NCBI GenBank assembly: GCA_964652135.1 | Contig: CAZZAF010000003.1 | Location: 4,371-68,370 of the forward strand | Reading direction: 5' to 3' | Length of the DNA: 64,000 bases | From: an uncultured archaeon | Lineage (GTDB): Archaea > Halobacteriota > Archaeoglobi > Archaeoglobales > Archaeoglobaceae | Shown here: one piece after another, positions 47,869 through 56,934 of the stretch | Position numbering within the stretch: the stretch's first letter is position 1 | Layout of the letters: the number at the start of each line of letters is the position of its first letter | Notes under the pieces: generated by a model | Databases searched by the model: none | Told to the model about the DNA's origin: nothing | What the model saw: the letters and a program-made list of their open reading frames with translations, nothing else | Position numbers and translations under genes: made by a program

Positions 47869-49074
47869 ATGGAAAAGAAAACAATTCGAGATCCTATCCA
47901 CGGGGCAATAGAGGTAGCAGACTGGATTATGAGGATTATCGACACCCCTATTGTTCAGAGACTCAGAAGGATAAATCAGCTTGGTTTTACAAATCTTGTA
48001 TATCCTGGGGCAAATCACACTAGATTTGAGCACAGTCTGGGAGTAATGCATATTGCAAAACTCCTTGTTGAGAAAATGGATGCGGATGAGCAGACAAAAA
48101 AGGAAATTGTTGCTGCTGCTCTACTGCATGATGTGGGTCATGCACCCTTTTCCCACAGCAGCGAGAGGATAGTCAGGAAATACCTAAGACTCGATCATGA
48201 GGACATTATACATCTGGTAAGGGGCTCTGAGGTGGAGGATATTCTCAATGACGAGGGGTTAAGGATTGGTAAAATCTTCGACCACATTAGAGGTAAGTCG
48301 CATGTTGGGATTGTTAGTGGAGACATCGATGCAGACAGAATGGATTACCTTGTCAGAGATTCATACTATACGGGCGTTGCCTATGGAGTTTTTGACATAA
48401 TGAGGTTGATTGAGAAGATTTACTTCGATGGCGGAAGACTTGTAATCGAAGCTGGCGGTTTAAGGGCTGCAGAATCGCTTCTCATTTCGAGATTCATGAT
48501 GTATCCAACAGTTTACTTTCACCATGTTTGCCGAATTGCGAGGAAGATGTATGAGAAGGCCATGGAATATTCCATCGAGGAGGGGTTAATTGAACCTGGA
48601 GATTTACTGAAAATGGACGATTATGAGGTGGTATCGTTTCTCAGATCTCAGAAAGGGTATCCGGGAGAGATAATGCGACTAATCGATACAAGGAGATTGT
48701 TCAAGAGGGCAATTTATGTAGGAAGGCAGAGGGTAGACCTCACTGAAGTCATGAATTTGAATGTAAGGAGGGCTGAGAGGGAAATCGCCGAGATGGCGGG
48801 AATTGACAGCCAGTATGTTATCGTTGATATACCTCCACTGGAGGATGCAAGGGAATTGAAAGCACTGGTTAATATGGAAGGAGAGCTAGTCAGTCTGGAG
48901 GAGGCTTCACCACTTGTCAGGGCTTTAAAGGAAGCAGATAAGGAAGTCTGGAAGATGGGTGTGTATACCAAGAAAGAGTATGTTGAAAAGGTTGCGAAAG
49001 CTGCAGCGGACTATTTTGGTATCAGGAAAATACCGCAGCAGAAGAAACTTGATGAAGTGTTGCCAATCTGGTGA
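47869..49074 (+). CDS. HD-domain phosphohydrolase (COG1078, SAMHD1/dNTPase-like)
   Basis: RFEHSLGVMHIA, LLHDVGHAPFSH and DADRMDYLVRDSYYTG. Confidence 0.85.
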   Translation: MEKKTIRDPIHGAIEVADWIMRIIDTPIVQRLRRINQLGFTNLVYPGANHTRFEHSLGVMHIAKLLVEKMDADEQTKKEIVAAALLHDVGHAPFSHSSERIVRKYLRLDHEDIIHLVRGSEVEDILNDEGLRIGKIFDHIRGKSHVGIVSGDIDADRMDYLVRDSYYTGVAYGVFDIMRLIEKIYFDGGRLVIEAGGLRAAESLLISRFMMYPTVYFHHVCRIARKMYEKAMEYSIEEGLIEPGDLLKMDDYEVVSFLRSQKGYPGEIMRLIDTRRLFKRAIYVGRQRVDLTEVMNLNVRRAEREIAEMAGIDSQYVIVDIPPLEDARELKALVNMEGELVSLEEASPLVRALKEADKEVWKMGVYTKKEYVEKVAKAAADYFGIRKIPQQKKLDEVLPIW

Positions 49075-49137
49075 CTTAATCTATTTAAGTTTTCGCCACA
49101 AAAATTTCTTATGTAATCTTAACTGAATTCATTTAAG

Positions 49138-49764
49138 ATGTATCAAAAAGAGGAATATAGCAGAAACAGAAGGGAAATACTCCTTGCTCTTTTCAGGCAA
49201 CCAATGGATTTTACAGCATTGAGGGATGAAACAAAGCTTTCTGAGCCTTCATTGTCAAGACATCTCAAGGATCTGCTGAACTCGGGCTATGTAGAGCTGA
49301 AGAAAGAGGGAAGAAGGAAAGTATACAGACTCACAGAGAAAGCCTATGAGGATGACTCCCTTTTAATGCATCTTATCGGGTTGCATTCAGCGTTTCGAAT
49401 TTTACGTTATGGTAGTGATTTCTGGGAAAAGGTGGGTGAGGAAGTGGTGAAACTTGCAGCCCTTGGCGATTATGCTTTAATGTCGTTTATATCAGTAATT
49501 TCAAGATTTGCTCCCCGTAACCCTCCAGAAAAAGTGAAGGGTAAAACTATTTTTGATGAGATTATGGCAAAAATGATCTCAGATTTTTCCTCGCTGGAGA
49601 GGATGAAGGAGACGGTGAATAGTATAGAGGAAAGAGGAGCCAATGCAGAAACTGTTCGGGAAAAGTTTCAGGACAAGCTTGACAGACTAACATCCATCTA
49701 TCTTGCTCTTGGACCACCATTCAGCTATCTGTGGAAGAAAATGGTTGAGGATCTTGAGAAGTAA
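49138..49764 (+). CDS. winged-helix (ArsR-like) transcriptional regulator with a C-terminal helical domain
   Basis: TALRDETKLSEPSLSRHLKDLLNSGYVELKKEGRRKVYRLT. Confidence 0.6.
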   Translation: MYQKEEYSRNRREILLALFRQPMDFTALRDETKLSEPSLSRHLKDLLNSGYVELKKEGRRKVYRLTEKAYEDDSLLMHLIGLHSAFRILRYGSDFWEKVGEEVVKLAALGDYALMSFISVISRFAPRNPPEKVKGKTIFDEIMAKMISDFSSLERMKETVNSIEERGANAETVREKFQDKLDRLTSIYLALGPPFSYLWKKMVEDLEK

Positions 49765-49839
49765 ATGGTGAAATTTACTGGAGTAAGCATGTAAAACTAA
49801 TCGAAGGATTTTTCTAACTGGGCAAGGTAAGGCACTCCC

Positions 49840-50955
49840 ATGCTTCACGAACTCTTCAGTAAATATAACGCTCAGTTCTTTGTTCAGTATGCAAGCAGCA
49901 AAGATGCGAACTTCTATTATGCAACCCGTTTCAAAATCCCCGATCCAGCTCTTCATGTTATTGGTAATGATGGGACTGATCTACTTATTGTGCATGAAAT
50001 GGAAAAAGAGAGGGCTGGGAGAGAAAGCAGTGTTAGGGAAATTGCCTCATTAACCGATCTGGGTTATTATGAGAATCTCAAGGAATTTAAGGATGCTAAA
50101 AAGGCTCTTGCCCATACCTATGTGGAATTACTGAAAAGCCATGGGGCAAAGAAGATTCTTATTCCTCCCAACTTTCCATCTTTTCTTTCGTTTTATTTCA
50201 AAGAATATCTGGAAGTTGAAATTGTTGAAAATCCATTTTCAAAGATTAGAGCTGTCAAGAGAAGAGATGAAATTGAGAAGATAAAAGAAACAAGTTTAGC
50301 AATCATAGATGCTTTCAACTATCTGCTGTCCCTGCTCAGGAAAAGAAAGAACATGAAATGCGAAGAGCTGAGGAATGAAGTCGAGCTTTACCTTTTTTCA
50401 AAAGGATATCTTGCTGAAGATACGATCATTGCTTCCGGTAAGCTGACGGCAGACCCGCATTTTACCGGTAGCGGAGATGTTGAAGATCATTTAATTGTAG
50501 ACGTATTTCCAAAGAGCAGAACGCATGGATACTATTCTGATTTTACAAGAACCGTGATTATTGAGGAGAACAAGGAAATCGAAGAAATGCTTGAAGCTGT
50601 TATTGAAGCAAAGGAAAAGGCTATATCGATGATCAAAGAGGGCGTGACTGCAAAAGAGGTTCATTATACTGTATGTGATGTGCTTGAAAGCAGAGGTTAC
50701 CATACGCTGAGAAACAAATCAAGGGAAGGATTTATACACTCAACAGGGCATGGAGTTGGGCTGGAAGTTCACGAAGAGCCAAGAATTTATGAGAATGAAG
50801 ATGTACTTAAGAGTGGAATGGTGTTTACCGTTGAGCCTGGACTTTATTATAGAAAATGGGGCGGTGTTAGGGTCGAAGACACGGTTGTCGTAACGAAACA
50901 CGGGTGCGAAATTCTGACACCATATCCTGGGAGGGTTGACCTGTGGAAGATATGA
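49840..50955 (+). CDS. M24-family Xaa-Pro aminopeptidase/dipeptidase
   Basis: Pita-bread metal ligands in DVFP...GYYSDFTRT, HSTGHGVGLEVHE, FTVEPG and VRVEDTV. Confidence 0.85.
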   Translation: MLHELFSKYNAQFFVQYASSKDANFYYATRFKIPDPALHVIGNDGTDLLIVHEMEKERAGRESSVREIASLTDLGYYENLKEFKDAKKALAHTYVELLKSHGAKKILIPPNFPSFLSFYFKEYLEVEIVENPFSKIRAVKRRDEIEKIKETSLAIIDAFNYLLSLLRKRKNMKCEELRNEVELYLFSKGYLAEDTIIASGKLTADPHFTGSGDVEDHLIVDVFPKSRTHGYYSDFTRTVIIEENKEIEEMLEAVIEAKEKAISMIKEGVTAKEVHYTVCDVLESRGYHTLRNKSREGFIHSTGHGVGLEVHEEPRIYENEDVLKSGMVFTVEPGLYYRKWGGVRVEDTVVVTKHGCEILTPYPGRVDLWKI

Positions 50956-51809
50956 TCATGAAGACAGTAGAAGCTGGGAAAATACTGAGACAGGTTAGGG
51001 AAGAGGCTGTAAAACTCGTTAAGCCTGGAGTAAAGTTGCTTGAAGTTGCAGAGTTTGTCGAAAACAGAATCAGAGAGCTTGGAGCTGAGCCAGCTTTTCC
51101 ATGTAACATATCCTTGAACAGCGATGCAGCTCATTCAACCCCCAAAAAGAACGATAAAAGCGTATTTAAGGAAGGAGACCTTGTCAAGCTCGATATTGGA
51201 GCACACATAGATGGTTATATTGCCGATACTGCAATAACAATTGATCTTGGCGATAACAGAGAGCTCGTTGAAGCATCCGAAGAGGCATTGAAGAAGGCTA
51301 TAGAAGTTGTGCACGCAGGCGTGGATACAGCTGAAATAGGAGCTGCAATCGAGTCAGTCATAAAGGAATTTGGTTTTAGACCGATTGTAAATCTTACTGG
51401 ACATGGGTTACTACCATATATAGCTCATGCACCTCCAACCATATTCAACTTCAAAACTGAGAGAGGCGTAAAGCTCGAAGAAGGAATGGTAATAGCGATA
51501 GAACCCTTCGTGACGAATGGAGTTGGCAAGGTTGTTGAGCGCAGTGAGGTGGAGATTTTCTCTCTGATTGATTTGAGACCTGTCAGGATGAAAATGGCAA
51601 GACAGTTGCTGGAAGAGATCTCCAAATATAAGACTTTGCCCTTCGCAAAGCGATGGCTGACCAAGGCTCCGGCTATAATTCTGAGCAAGCTTGTGAGAGA
51701 AGGAATTCTTAGAGGATATCCTGTGCTTACGGAGATGGGAGGAGGACTGGTTTCTCAGTCAGAACACACAGTAATTGTTGAAGAAGATGGTGCAAAGATA
51801 GTTACCTGA
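50952..51809 (+). CDS. map: methionine aminopeptidase, type 2 (archaeal)
   Basis: AFPCNISLNSDAAHSTP, DLVKLDIGAHIDGYIADTA, LTGHGL, IEPF and SQSEHTVIV. The start is ambiguous (50943 GTG, 50952 ATG or 50958 ATG). Confidence 0.9.
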   Translation: MIMKTVEAGKILRQVREEAVKLVKPGVKLLEVAEFVENRIRELGAEPAFPCNISLNSDAAHSTPKKNDKSVFKEGDLVKLDIGAHIDGYIADTAITIDLGDNRELVEASEEALKKAIEVVHAGVDTAEIGAAIESVIKEFGFRPIVNLTGHGLLPYIAHAPPTIFNFKTERGVKLEEGMVIAIEPFVTNGVGKVVERSEVEIFSLIDLRPVRMKMARQLLEEISKYKTLPFAKRWLTKAPAIILSKLVREGILRGYPVLTEMGGGLVSQSEHTVIVEEDGAKIVT

Positions 51810-51818
51810 ACAAAAACT

Positions 51819-52769
51819 TTAGAATCTCAACCTAGTTATTCCGGAAAAGAGCACCACTGCTGTGAGCTGGTTTGAGCGGATCGGGTAGTCGCCGTATCTA
51901 ACCTCTATATCTGGGTTAATTTTTTCGAGCATTTTTATACATGAGAATATGCCATCCATGGTTATCTCTTCAGGATCACCGGAAAATACAACTAGCGCAC
52001 TTTTAGCAGTTTCCAGATCGATTCCAATGCTGAGGTTGTTCTCTATAGCTTCTTTAAACATTTCTATCATTCTCTGTGTTCTCAATCCCTTTATTTCGTA
52101 CTCTTTTCTGCGGAAGATTTTTCTAAACCAGCTGAAGGGCAACTTCCTCTTTGAAGTTCCGATAACGGAAATTCCCTCTTTTTTCAGTGAATTCAGCACA
52201 TCAGATGTGTCAACAACTATTTCGCTGGCTTGCTTCTTCTTTAAATCTATTTCACCAACCATTGCAAGAATATTGAGTGATTCTATAATCCGGCTGTCGG
52301 TATCCTGGTTTTCCTCGAACAGTATTAGCACATCAACAACTTTCCTCAATTCTTTGATTCTATTCCTCAACTCTCCGAGATTTGAGTAGTCATTTAGAGA
52401 GGGTAGCACTCCAAGTGCGATAACAGGTTCTTCACAGACATCGCTCAATACCTTCGCAAGCTCAATACTAAGTGAAACACCAAACTCCTCACCGAGGGAT
52501 GTGGTAAGCAATATACTTTCAAACAGTTCATATTTGGAAAAAATTGTATTTACTATGCTTTTGATATCCTTCTCATTGAGTAAGCTTTCCCCCCATATAT
52601 GATATTTATTTTCATCTTTTATGCTTCTGAGCGATTTTAAGAGCTCTATATGGTCTGATATCGCATAACACTTGAATAGGGGTGCTCTGTTGACCCTCAT
52701 GCCATACTTTGCCATCAAATCTGATATTATTGCCCCCCTGTTCCCAGACCCAATTGTCAGAAGCTTCAT
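51819..52769 (-). CDS. divergent FtsZ/tubulin-superfamily protein with degenerate nucleotide-binding motifs
   Basis: By-eye alignment is collinear with archaeal FtsZ. KLLTIGSGNRG aligns with T1, and LLTTSLGEEFGVS replaces GGGTG(S/T)G. Also VIALGVLPS, VDVLILFEEN, VVDTSDV (T7-like) and AVVLFSGITRLRF at the C-terminus. ATG at 52769 with GGAGAAGGAGAGG upstream. Confidence 0.6.
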   Translation of the reverse strand: MKLLTIGSGNRGAIISDLMAKYGMRVNRAPLFKCYAISDHIELLKSLRSIKDENKYHIWGESLLNEKDIKSIVNTIFSKYELFESILLTTSLGEEFGVSLSIELAKVLSDVCEEPVIALGVLPSLNDYSNLGELRNRIKELRKVVDVLILFEENQDTDSRIIESLNILAMVGEIDLKKKQASEIVVDTSDVLNSLKKEGISVIGTSKRKLPFSWFRKIFRRKEYEIKGLRTQRMIEMFKEAIENNLSIGIDLETAKSALVVFSGDPEEITMDGIFSCIKMLEKINPDIEVRYGDYPIRSNQLTAVVLFSGITRLRF

Positions 52770-52891
52770 TTCAATGATCCTCTCCTTCTCCAATTTATTA
52801 AATGTTTGGTATCATCTAGAGGGTTTCCATGTCTATGTGCAGTTTATCTGGGGCGATTTAACTTTTTATATTGCATTTAAAATGTTTTTCA

Positions 52892-53941
52892 CTATACATT
52901 TTGCAATGTAAATGGTATCGGGGTGAAACACAGGATGGCCAGAATGAAAGTGAATATGCCGAGAATGTATCTTTTTCTATCAAGAGGTGTTGCGTCATCA
53001 ATCGGCTCTGGATGTCTTTGCATGGAAAAGAATAAGGTTATCAGTCCCCATAAAATCCAGATCGAATTGGATTCCTGGTAAAAATAGTTTATAGCGCTAC
53101 CCATCCCAATAAGAGCGAGGGGCATAATTTTCGATACTGCTTCTGCTTTTCTGCCGATCATGGCTCTCAGTATGTGCCCACCATCGAGTTGCCCGACAGG
53201 CACCAGGTTTAGAAATGTTATAAACATTCCTACCCAGCCTGCAAAGGCTATAGGATGGATAAATGCTCCATCAAAACCCGTAAGTGAAATTAAAGCCTCA
53301 AAGAGTGGTGGTGTGCCAACCATACCGACAAAGAAAGTATCCTCACTGATTTCGGGATGGAAAGGTATGTTCAGTCCGATATACGTGACAATTATTGAGG
53401 CAATGATACCGATAAGAGGTCCGGAAACTCCAACATCAAAGAGAGCTTTCCTGTTCGGAATTGGCCCTTTATGTCTTATCACTGCTCCAAGCGTTCCGAT
53501 AATCGTTGGGAATGGGATGAAATATGGTAGTGTCGTACGCATCCCCCATCTTTTTGCCGCAAAGTAGTGTCCCATTTCATGACTGCCGAGAACGAACATT
53601 ATGGCGATTGAGAAGAACACACCACCAATTATGTTGAATTCACCGTAATAGCTCGCACCTATGAGAGTCGTCGACCCAAATGTGGCTATTAAAAGCAGGA
53701 GGTTAATCCAGATTTTCTCATTTTCTCTACTTATTTTCCTGATATCTATAACGAGTTCGCCGTAATGCTGTTTAAGCTCTACTTTATACTCTGAAAGCAG
53801 GGATGCGAGCAATGGTTTGATTTTTTCAATATCTGCTTTCGGGTGAACGTAGTATCTAACTCCGTCTGGCAATTCCTCCATGTCATAGATGATAAAAACT
53901 TCTTCCAGCCTATTTTTGACCTCATCGATCATGAATCTCAA
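52892..53941 (-). CDS. site-2 protease family (M50) intramembrane metalloprotease
   Basis: HEMGHYFAAK (HExxH) and a later LDGG motif (VPVGQLDGGH). Polytopic. Confidence 0.85.
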   Translation of the reverse strand: MRFMIDEVKNRLEEVFIIYDMEELPDGVRYYVHPKADIEKIKPLLASLLSEYKVELKQHYGELVIDIRKISRENEKIWINLLLLIATFGSTTLIGASYYGEFNIIGGVFFSIAIMFVLGSHEMGHYFAAKRWGMRTTLPYFIPFPTIIGTLGAVIRHKGPIPNRKALFDVGVSGPLIGIIASIIVTYIGLNIPFHPEISEDTFFVGMVGTPPLFEALISLTGFDGAFIHPIAFAGWVGMFITFLNLVPVGQLDGGHILRAMIGRKAEAVSKIMPLALIGMGSAINYFYQESNSIWILWGLITLFFSMQRHPEPIDDATPLDRKRYILGIFTFILAILCFTPIPFTLQNV

Positions 53942-54329
53942 TCCAGCCCTCTTTCAGTGCATGTATTTTTACACAATCTCCACTCTTTATAATTTCTGTT
54001 GGATCAACCTCCGGTTTATCAAGCAGAGGTATACCTGAAATTATAGCTCCAACAGCTATTATTGGTTCTGTTTCGAGATTTATGATTGCTTTAGGAGCCG
54101 TACCAGCTTTCTTCATTCTCAGGAGAACGTAAGTTCCAACGGTTGATCCTCTTCCTGACGGGAAGATAAATATCTTGCCAGCAATGCTTTCTCCGGCTAT
54201 ATCGCTATCATTTGCAACCACAATGCCTGTATCGGGATCAACATCGCCAAGAAAAGAAAACTTCTTTTTGCTTACAATAACCTCGCCTTCAGCCTCACCC
54301 CTTGAGATCACTCTGGCTTTGATTTTCAT
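53922..54329 (-). CDS. aconitase X swivel-domain protein (DUF126): phosphomevalonate dehydratase small subunit
   Basis: MKIKARVISRGEAEGEVIVSKKKFSFLGDVDP...PSGRGSTVGTYVL. Its ATG at 54329 overlaps the large-subunit stop (ATGA). The longer track ORF is an out-of-context extension. Confidence 0.8.
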   Translation of the reverse strand: MKIKARVISRGEAEGEVIVSKKKFSFLGDVDPDTGIVVANDSDIAGESIAGKIFIFPSGRGSTVGTYVLLRMKKAGTAPKAIINLETEPIIAVGAIISGIPLLDKPEVDPTEIIKSGDCVKIHALKEGWIEIHDR

Positions 54330-55471
54330 TGTAATGCCCTCCTCACACACTCCTCCAGACTGCCAAACGCAACATTTACCTTCCTCAGTTTTGGAAGATA
54401 CGTGAGAGCTTTTCCGGAATTTACCATCACACATTCGTAAGCCTCGGTTGCAGGTGAAACGACCATACATGTGTCGTTGAAAACTTTTGCCCTGAAACTC
54501 TCTATCTTTTTCACAATTTCTTTGTTTTCCTCAGATATTTTTCTTGATGTGAACAGCCAGAGCTCTCTCTTTACTTTTTTACCCCCACTCTGCAGAATTT
54601 CGAGAACTTTGAGCAATTCTTCTTTTGATAGATGGGGGCAGCCGAGAGCGATCAAATCCGGCTCGCATTCAAACCTCATTTCTTTGATGTCAAATTCTAT
54701 TTTCTCATCTGGCATCTGGAAGTCTTTCCACTCTGGTGTTTGCCCTTCAACATGAAATATTGCTGTATTGCCGGTTGAAGCCATAGCAGCTCCAAGCAAT
54801 TTCAGCTCATCGTTCGTGAGATTTCTTGGCAATCTGAAAATCGGAATTTCGTTGTGCTTTAGCTCGTTTCCAATCTGGAAACCAAGAGCAGAAACATCTG
54901 CATCTTTGAGCTCGCCTTTAACTTCTATCAGGATATTTGGAGCTCTGTTTTCCTTTACATGCATGCCATAATACGGTGTTTTGCCGATTATTGCCGATGC
55001 TATTGCACTTATCCCACTTTCTCTGTTTGTTCTTGCTCCAATAACAGAGTTTGCGTAAATAACGGCTGAACTCTCAGCCCATGCCAGATGATCGCCATAT
55101 GAAGGAGGATAAACATAATAGGGTGTGCAGGTTAAAGTTAACTCAGCTCCAAGCTTTTCCAGAGCTTTTAGAATTCGCATCTGCTTTCTGTAAAAGCCCT
55201 CATCAATTCCCATTTCTTTCCATCTTTCGACGTCCATACCCGCTGGATTCACCATAGCTGGAACTTTCACCCTAGCATCGAGGCTTTCAAGCCACTCCAG
55301 TCCTGCATCACCGATATTCTGATATGATATTCCAGAAATCTGAGCTGATTTTACCGGAATGAGCTTTTCAGCACCGAAAATCTCTCCAAGAGCAACGAGT
55401 ATTTCCATGGATTTTGCAATTGTCGGGTTGTCGGATTCCAGCAACCTCTCCTCCTCTTTTGTCAAATACAT
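54326..55471 (-). CDS. aconitase X catalytic-domain protein (DUF521): phosphomevalonate dehydratase large subunit
   Basis: MYLTKEEERLL start, VKSAQISGISY and conserved Cys contexts (LTCTPYY; ALGCPHLS). ATG at 55471; the GTG at 55483 would overlap the UbiD stop. Confidence 0.85.
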   Translation of the reverse strand: MYLTKEEERLLESDNPTIAKSMEILVALGEIFGAEKLIPVKSAQISGISYQNIGDAGLEWLESLDARVKVPAMVNPAGMDVERWKEMGIDEGFYRKQMRILKALEKLGAELTLTCTPYYVYPPSYGDHLAWAESSAVIYANSVIGARTNRESGISAIASAIIGKTPYYGMHVKENRAPNILIEVKGELKDADVSALGFQIGNELKHNEIPIFRLPRNLTNDELKLLGAAMASTGNTAIFHVEGQTPEWKDFQMPDEKIEFDIKEMRFECEPDLIALGCPHLSKEELLKVLEILQSGGKKVKRELWLFTSRKISEENKEIVKKIESFRAKVFNDTCMVVSPATEAYECVMVNSGKALTYLPKLRKVNVAFGSLEECVRRALQ

Positions 55472-55479
55472 AGTATCAA

Positions 55480-56739
55480 TCACTCCGTAACCCTTTCGAA
55501 ATCATCTTTCCTGGTGAGATACTTTGTTGCATCAATACCCCACTTCGCAGTTGTACCATCTTCATTTGCTGAGGGGTCGAGACTGCTGCCTCTCGCATTT
55601 TTGATGATTACCAGATCTCTATCAGCCTGAAATCTCGTTGCAATCGCATATTCAACATCCTCGTGGTCGTATATGTTGATATCATCGTCAACTACAACAA
55701 CGTGTTTCATGCTTGGATGAGCAGCAAATGCTGCCAGAATTGCGTTCTTTCCATCTCCTTCGGTTTTCTTCTGAATCTGAACTATTGCATGCAGGTAGTG
55801 TTTGCCGCCGGCAGTCATAATGACATTTTTAACTCTGCAAACTCCTGCAACGCTTTTGAAGATAACAGGCTCGTATGGAATCCCCATCAGAACCTGATGC
55901 TCGTAGCTTGCCGGTGTTATGGAATAATAGATTGGATCTTCCTTGGTGTATATTGCATCTATCTCTATTACGGGTTCGTCTCTTATTTTGTCGTATGTGC
56001 CAGTGATATCGACAAATGGACCCTCTTTAGCAGTATTGCTGGTAATTCTGCCTGAGAGAACTATTTCAGCATCGGGTGTTAACATACCGTCGACAGAGTA
56101 AACGTCCAGCCCTTTCATGAGCGAGGCAGCATACCCAAACTCCTTACCTTCTGGTACGCGTGTTGCGGCTGCAAAGAGGAAAAGTGGGTGGACGCCAATG
56201 GCTATAAGCACGGGCAAATCTTCCCCTCTCTCTATTGCATCCCTCCACATAAGATAGGTGTGGCGTGGAGCAACAAGCCTGGCTGCAAAACGCTTCTCAT
56301 CAAGAAGCATTAGTCTGTGTATGCAAGCATTGTAGGATTGCGGATCGTCAGGATCGGAATCCAGCCTTCTTGCAATTACAACCCCGGCTGTGACGTATCT
56401 TCCACCATCTTTCTTAAAATATCTTAAAATTGGAAGGGAAAAGAGGTTGGTTTCTCTCTTCTTGAGCATGAAATCATCTCTTATTTTTATCTCACCATCA
56501 AAAGAAACCTTTGATAAATATTCAGCCAGATTTTCCCTGTTTATTCTAAGATATTCGCAGAGCATTTCGCGTGTTGCAATGAAGTTAGTGGCAACCTTCT
56601 TACCCTCAACATTGAGTATGAGAGGTGTTTTTTCGTATCCGTGTTTGTGTATGAAATTAACAACTTCATCGTGTCTCAATTCCTCGTTGTGGTAAATGAC
56701 TCTATTGCCAAGCATTGAAATAGCATCTCTGAGGTTCAT
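55480..56739 (-). CDS. UbiD-family decarboxylase: probable anhydromevalonate phosphate decarboxylase
   Basis: 419 aa with a UbiD fold (GGRYVTAGVVIA, HRLMLLD, GPFVDITGTY). Sits directly upstream of the AcnX pair. Confidence 0.8.
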   Translation of the reverse strand: MNLRDAISMLGNRVIYHNEELRHDEVVNFIHKHGYEKTPLILNVEGKKVATNFIATREMLCEYLRINRENLAEYLSKVSFDGEIKIRDDFMLKKRETNLFSLPILRYFKKDGGRYVTAGVVIARRLDSDPDDPQSYNACIHRLMLLDEKRFAARLVAPRHTYLMWRDAIERGEDLPVLIAIGVHPLFLFAAATRVPEGKEFGYAASLMKGLDVYSVDGMLTPDAEIVLSGRITSNTAKEGPFVDITGTYDKIRDEPVIEIDAIYTKEDPIYYSITPASYEHQVLMGIPYEPVIFKSVAGVCRVKNVIMTAGGKHYLHAIVQIQKKTEGDGKNAILAAFAAHPSMKHVVVVDDDINIYDHEDVEYAIATRFQADRDLVIIKNARGSSLDPSANEDGTTAKWGIDATKYLTRKDDFERVTE

Positions 56740-56934
56740 ACTTTTACACCAGATTGTCTTGTATTTATTGTTTTATCCAAAGTTTGAGCCCTGAAGTGGA
56801 AAGGTAATGATCTCGATACTATGCTATGCCTTTCAAAGAGAGTATGTAATCATCTCGAGAACAGGGTAGCCACTTTATCCACGGTTCCTCTAAAACCCAA
56901 AAGTATATAATAAAAGTCAGAGTTCTGCGAGCAG

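Noticed and set aside
53922-54470. 182-aa version of the DUF126 ORF, and similar long 5' extensions in the track (36797 for the IMPCH-like gene, 36814 for the TPR gene, 15954, 43901, 52793)
   Set aside because: The extensions overlap upstream genes or lack homology-like sequence. Internal ATGs have SD or TATA support and match the typical family N-termini.
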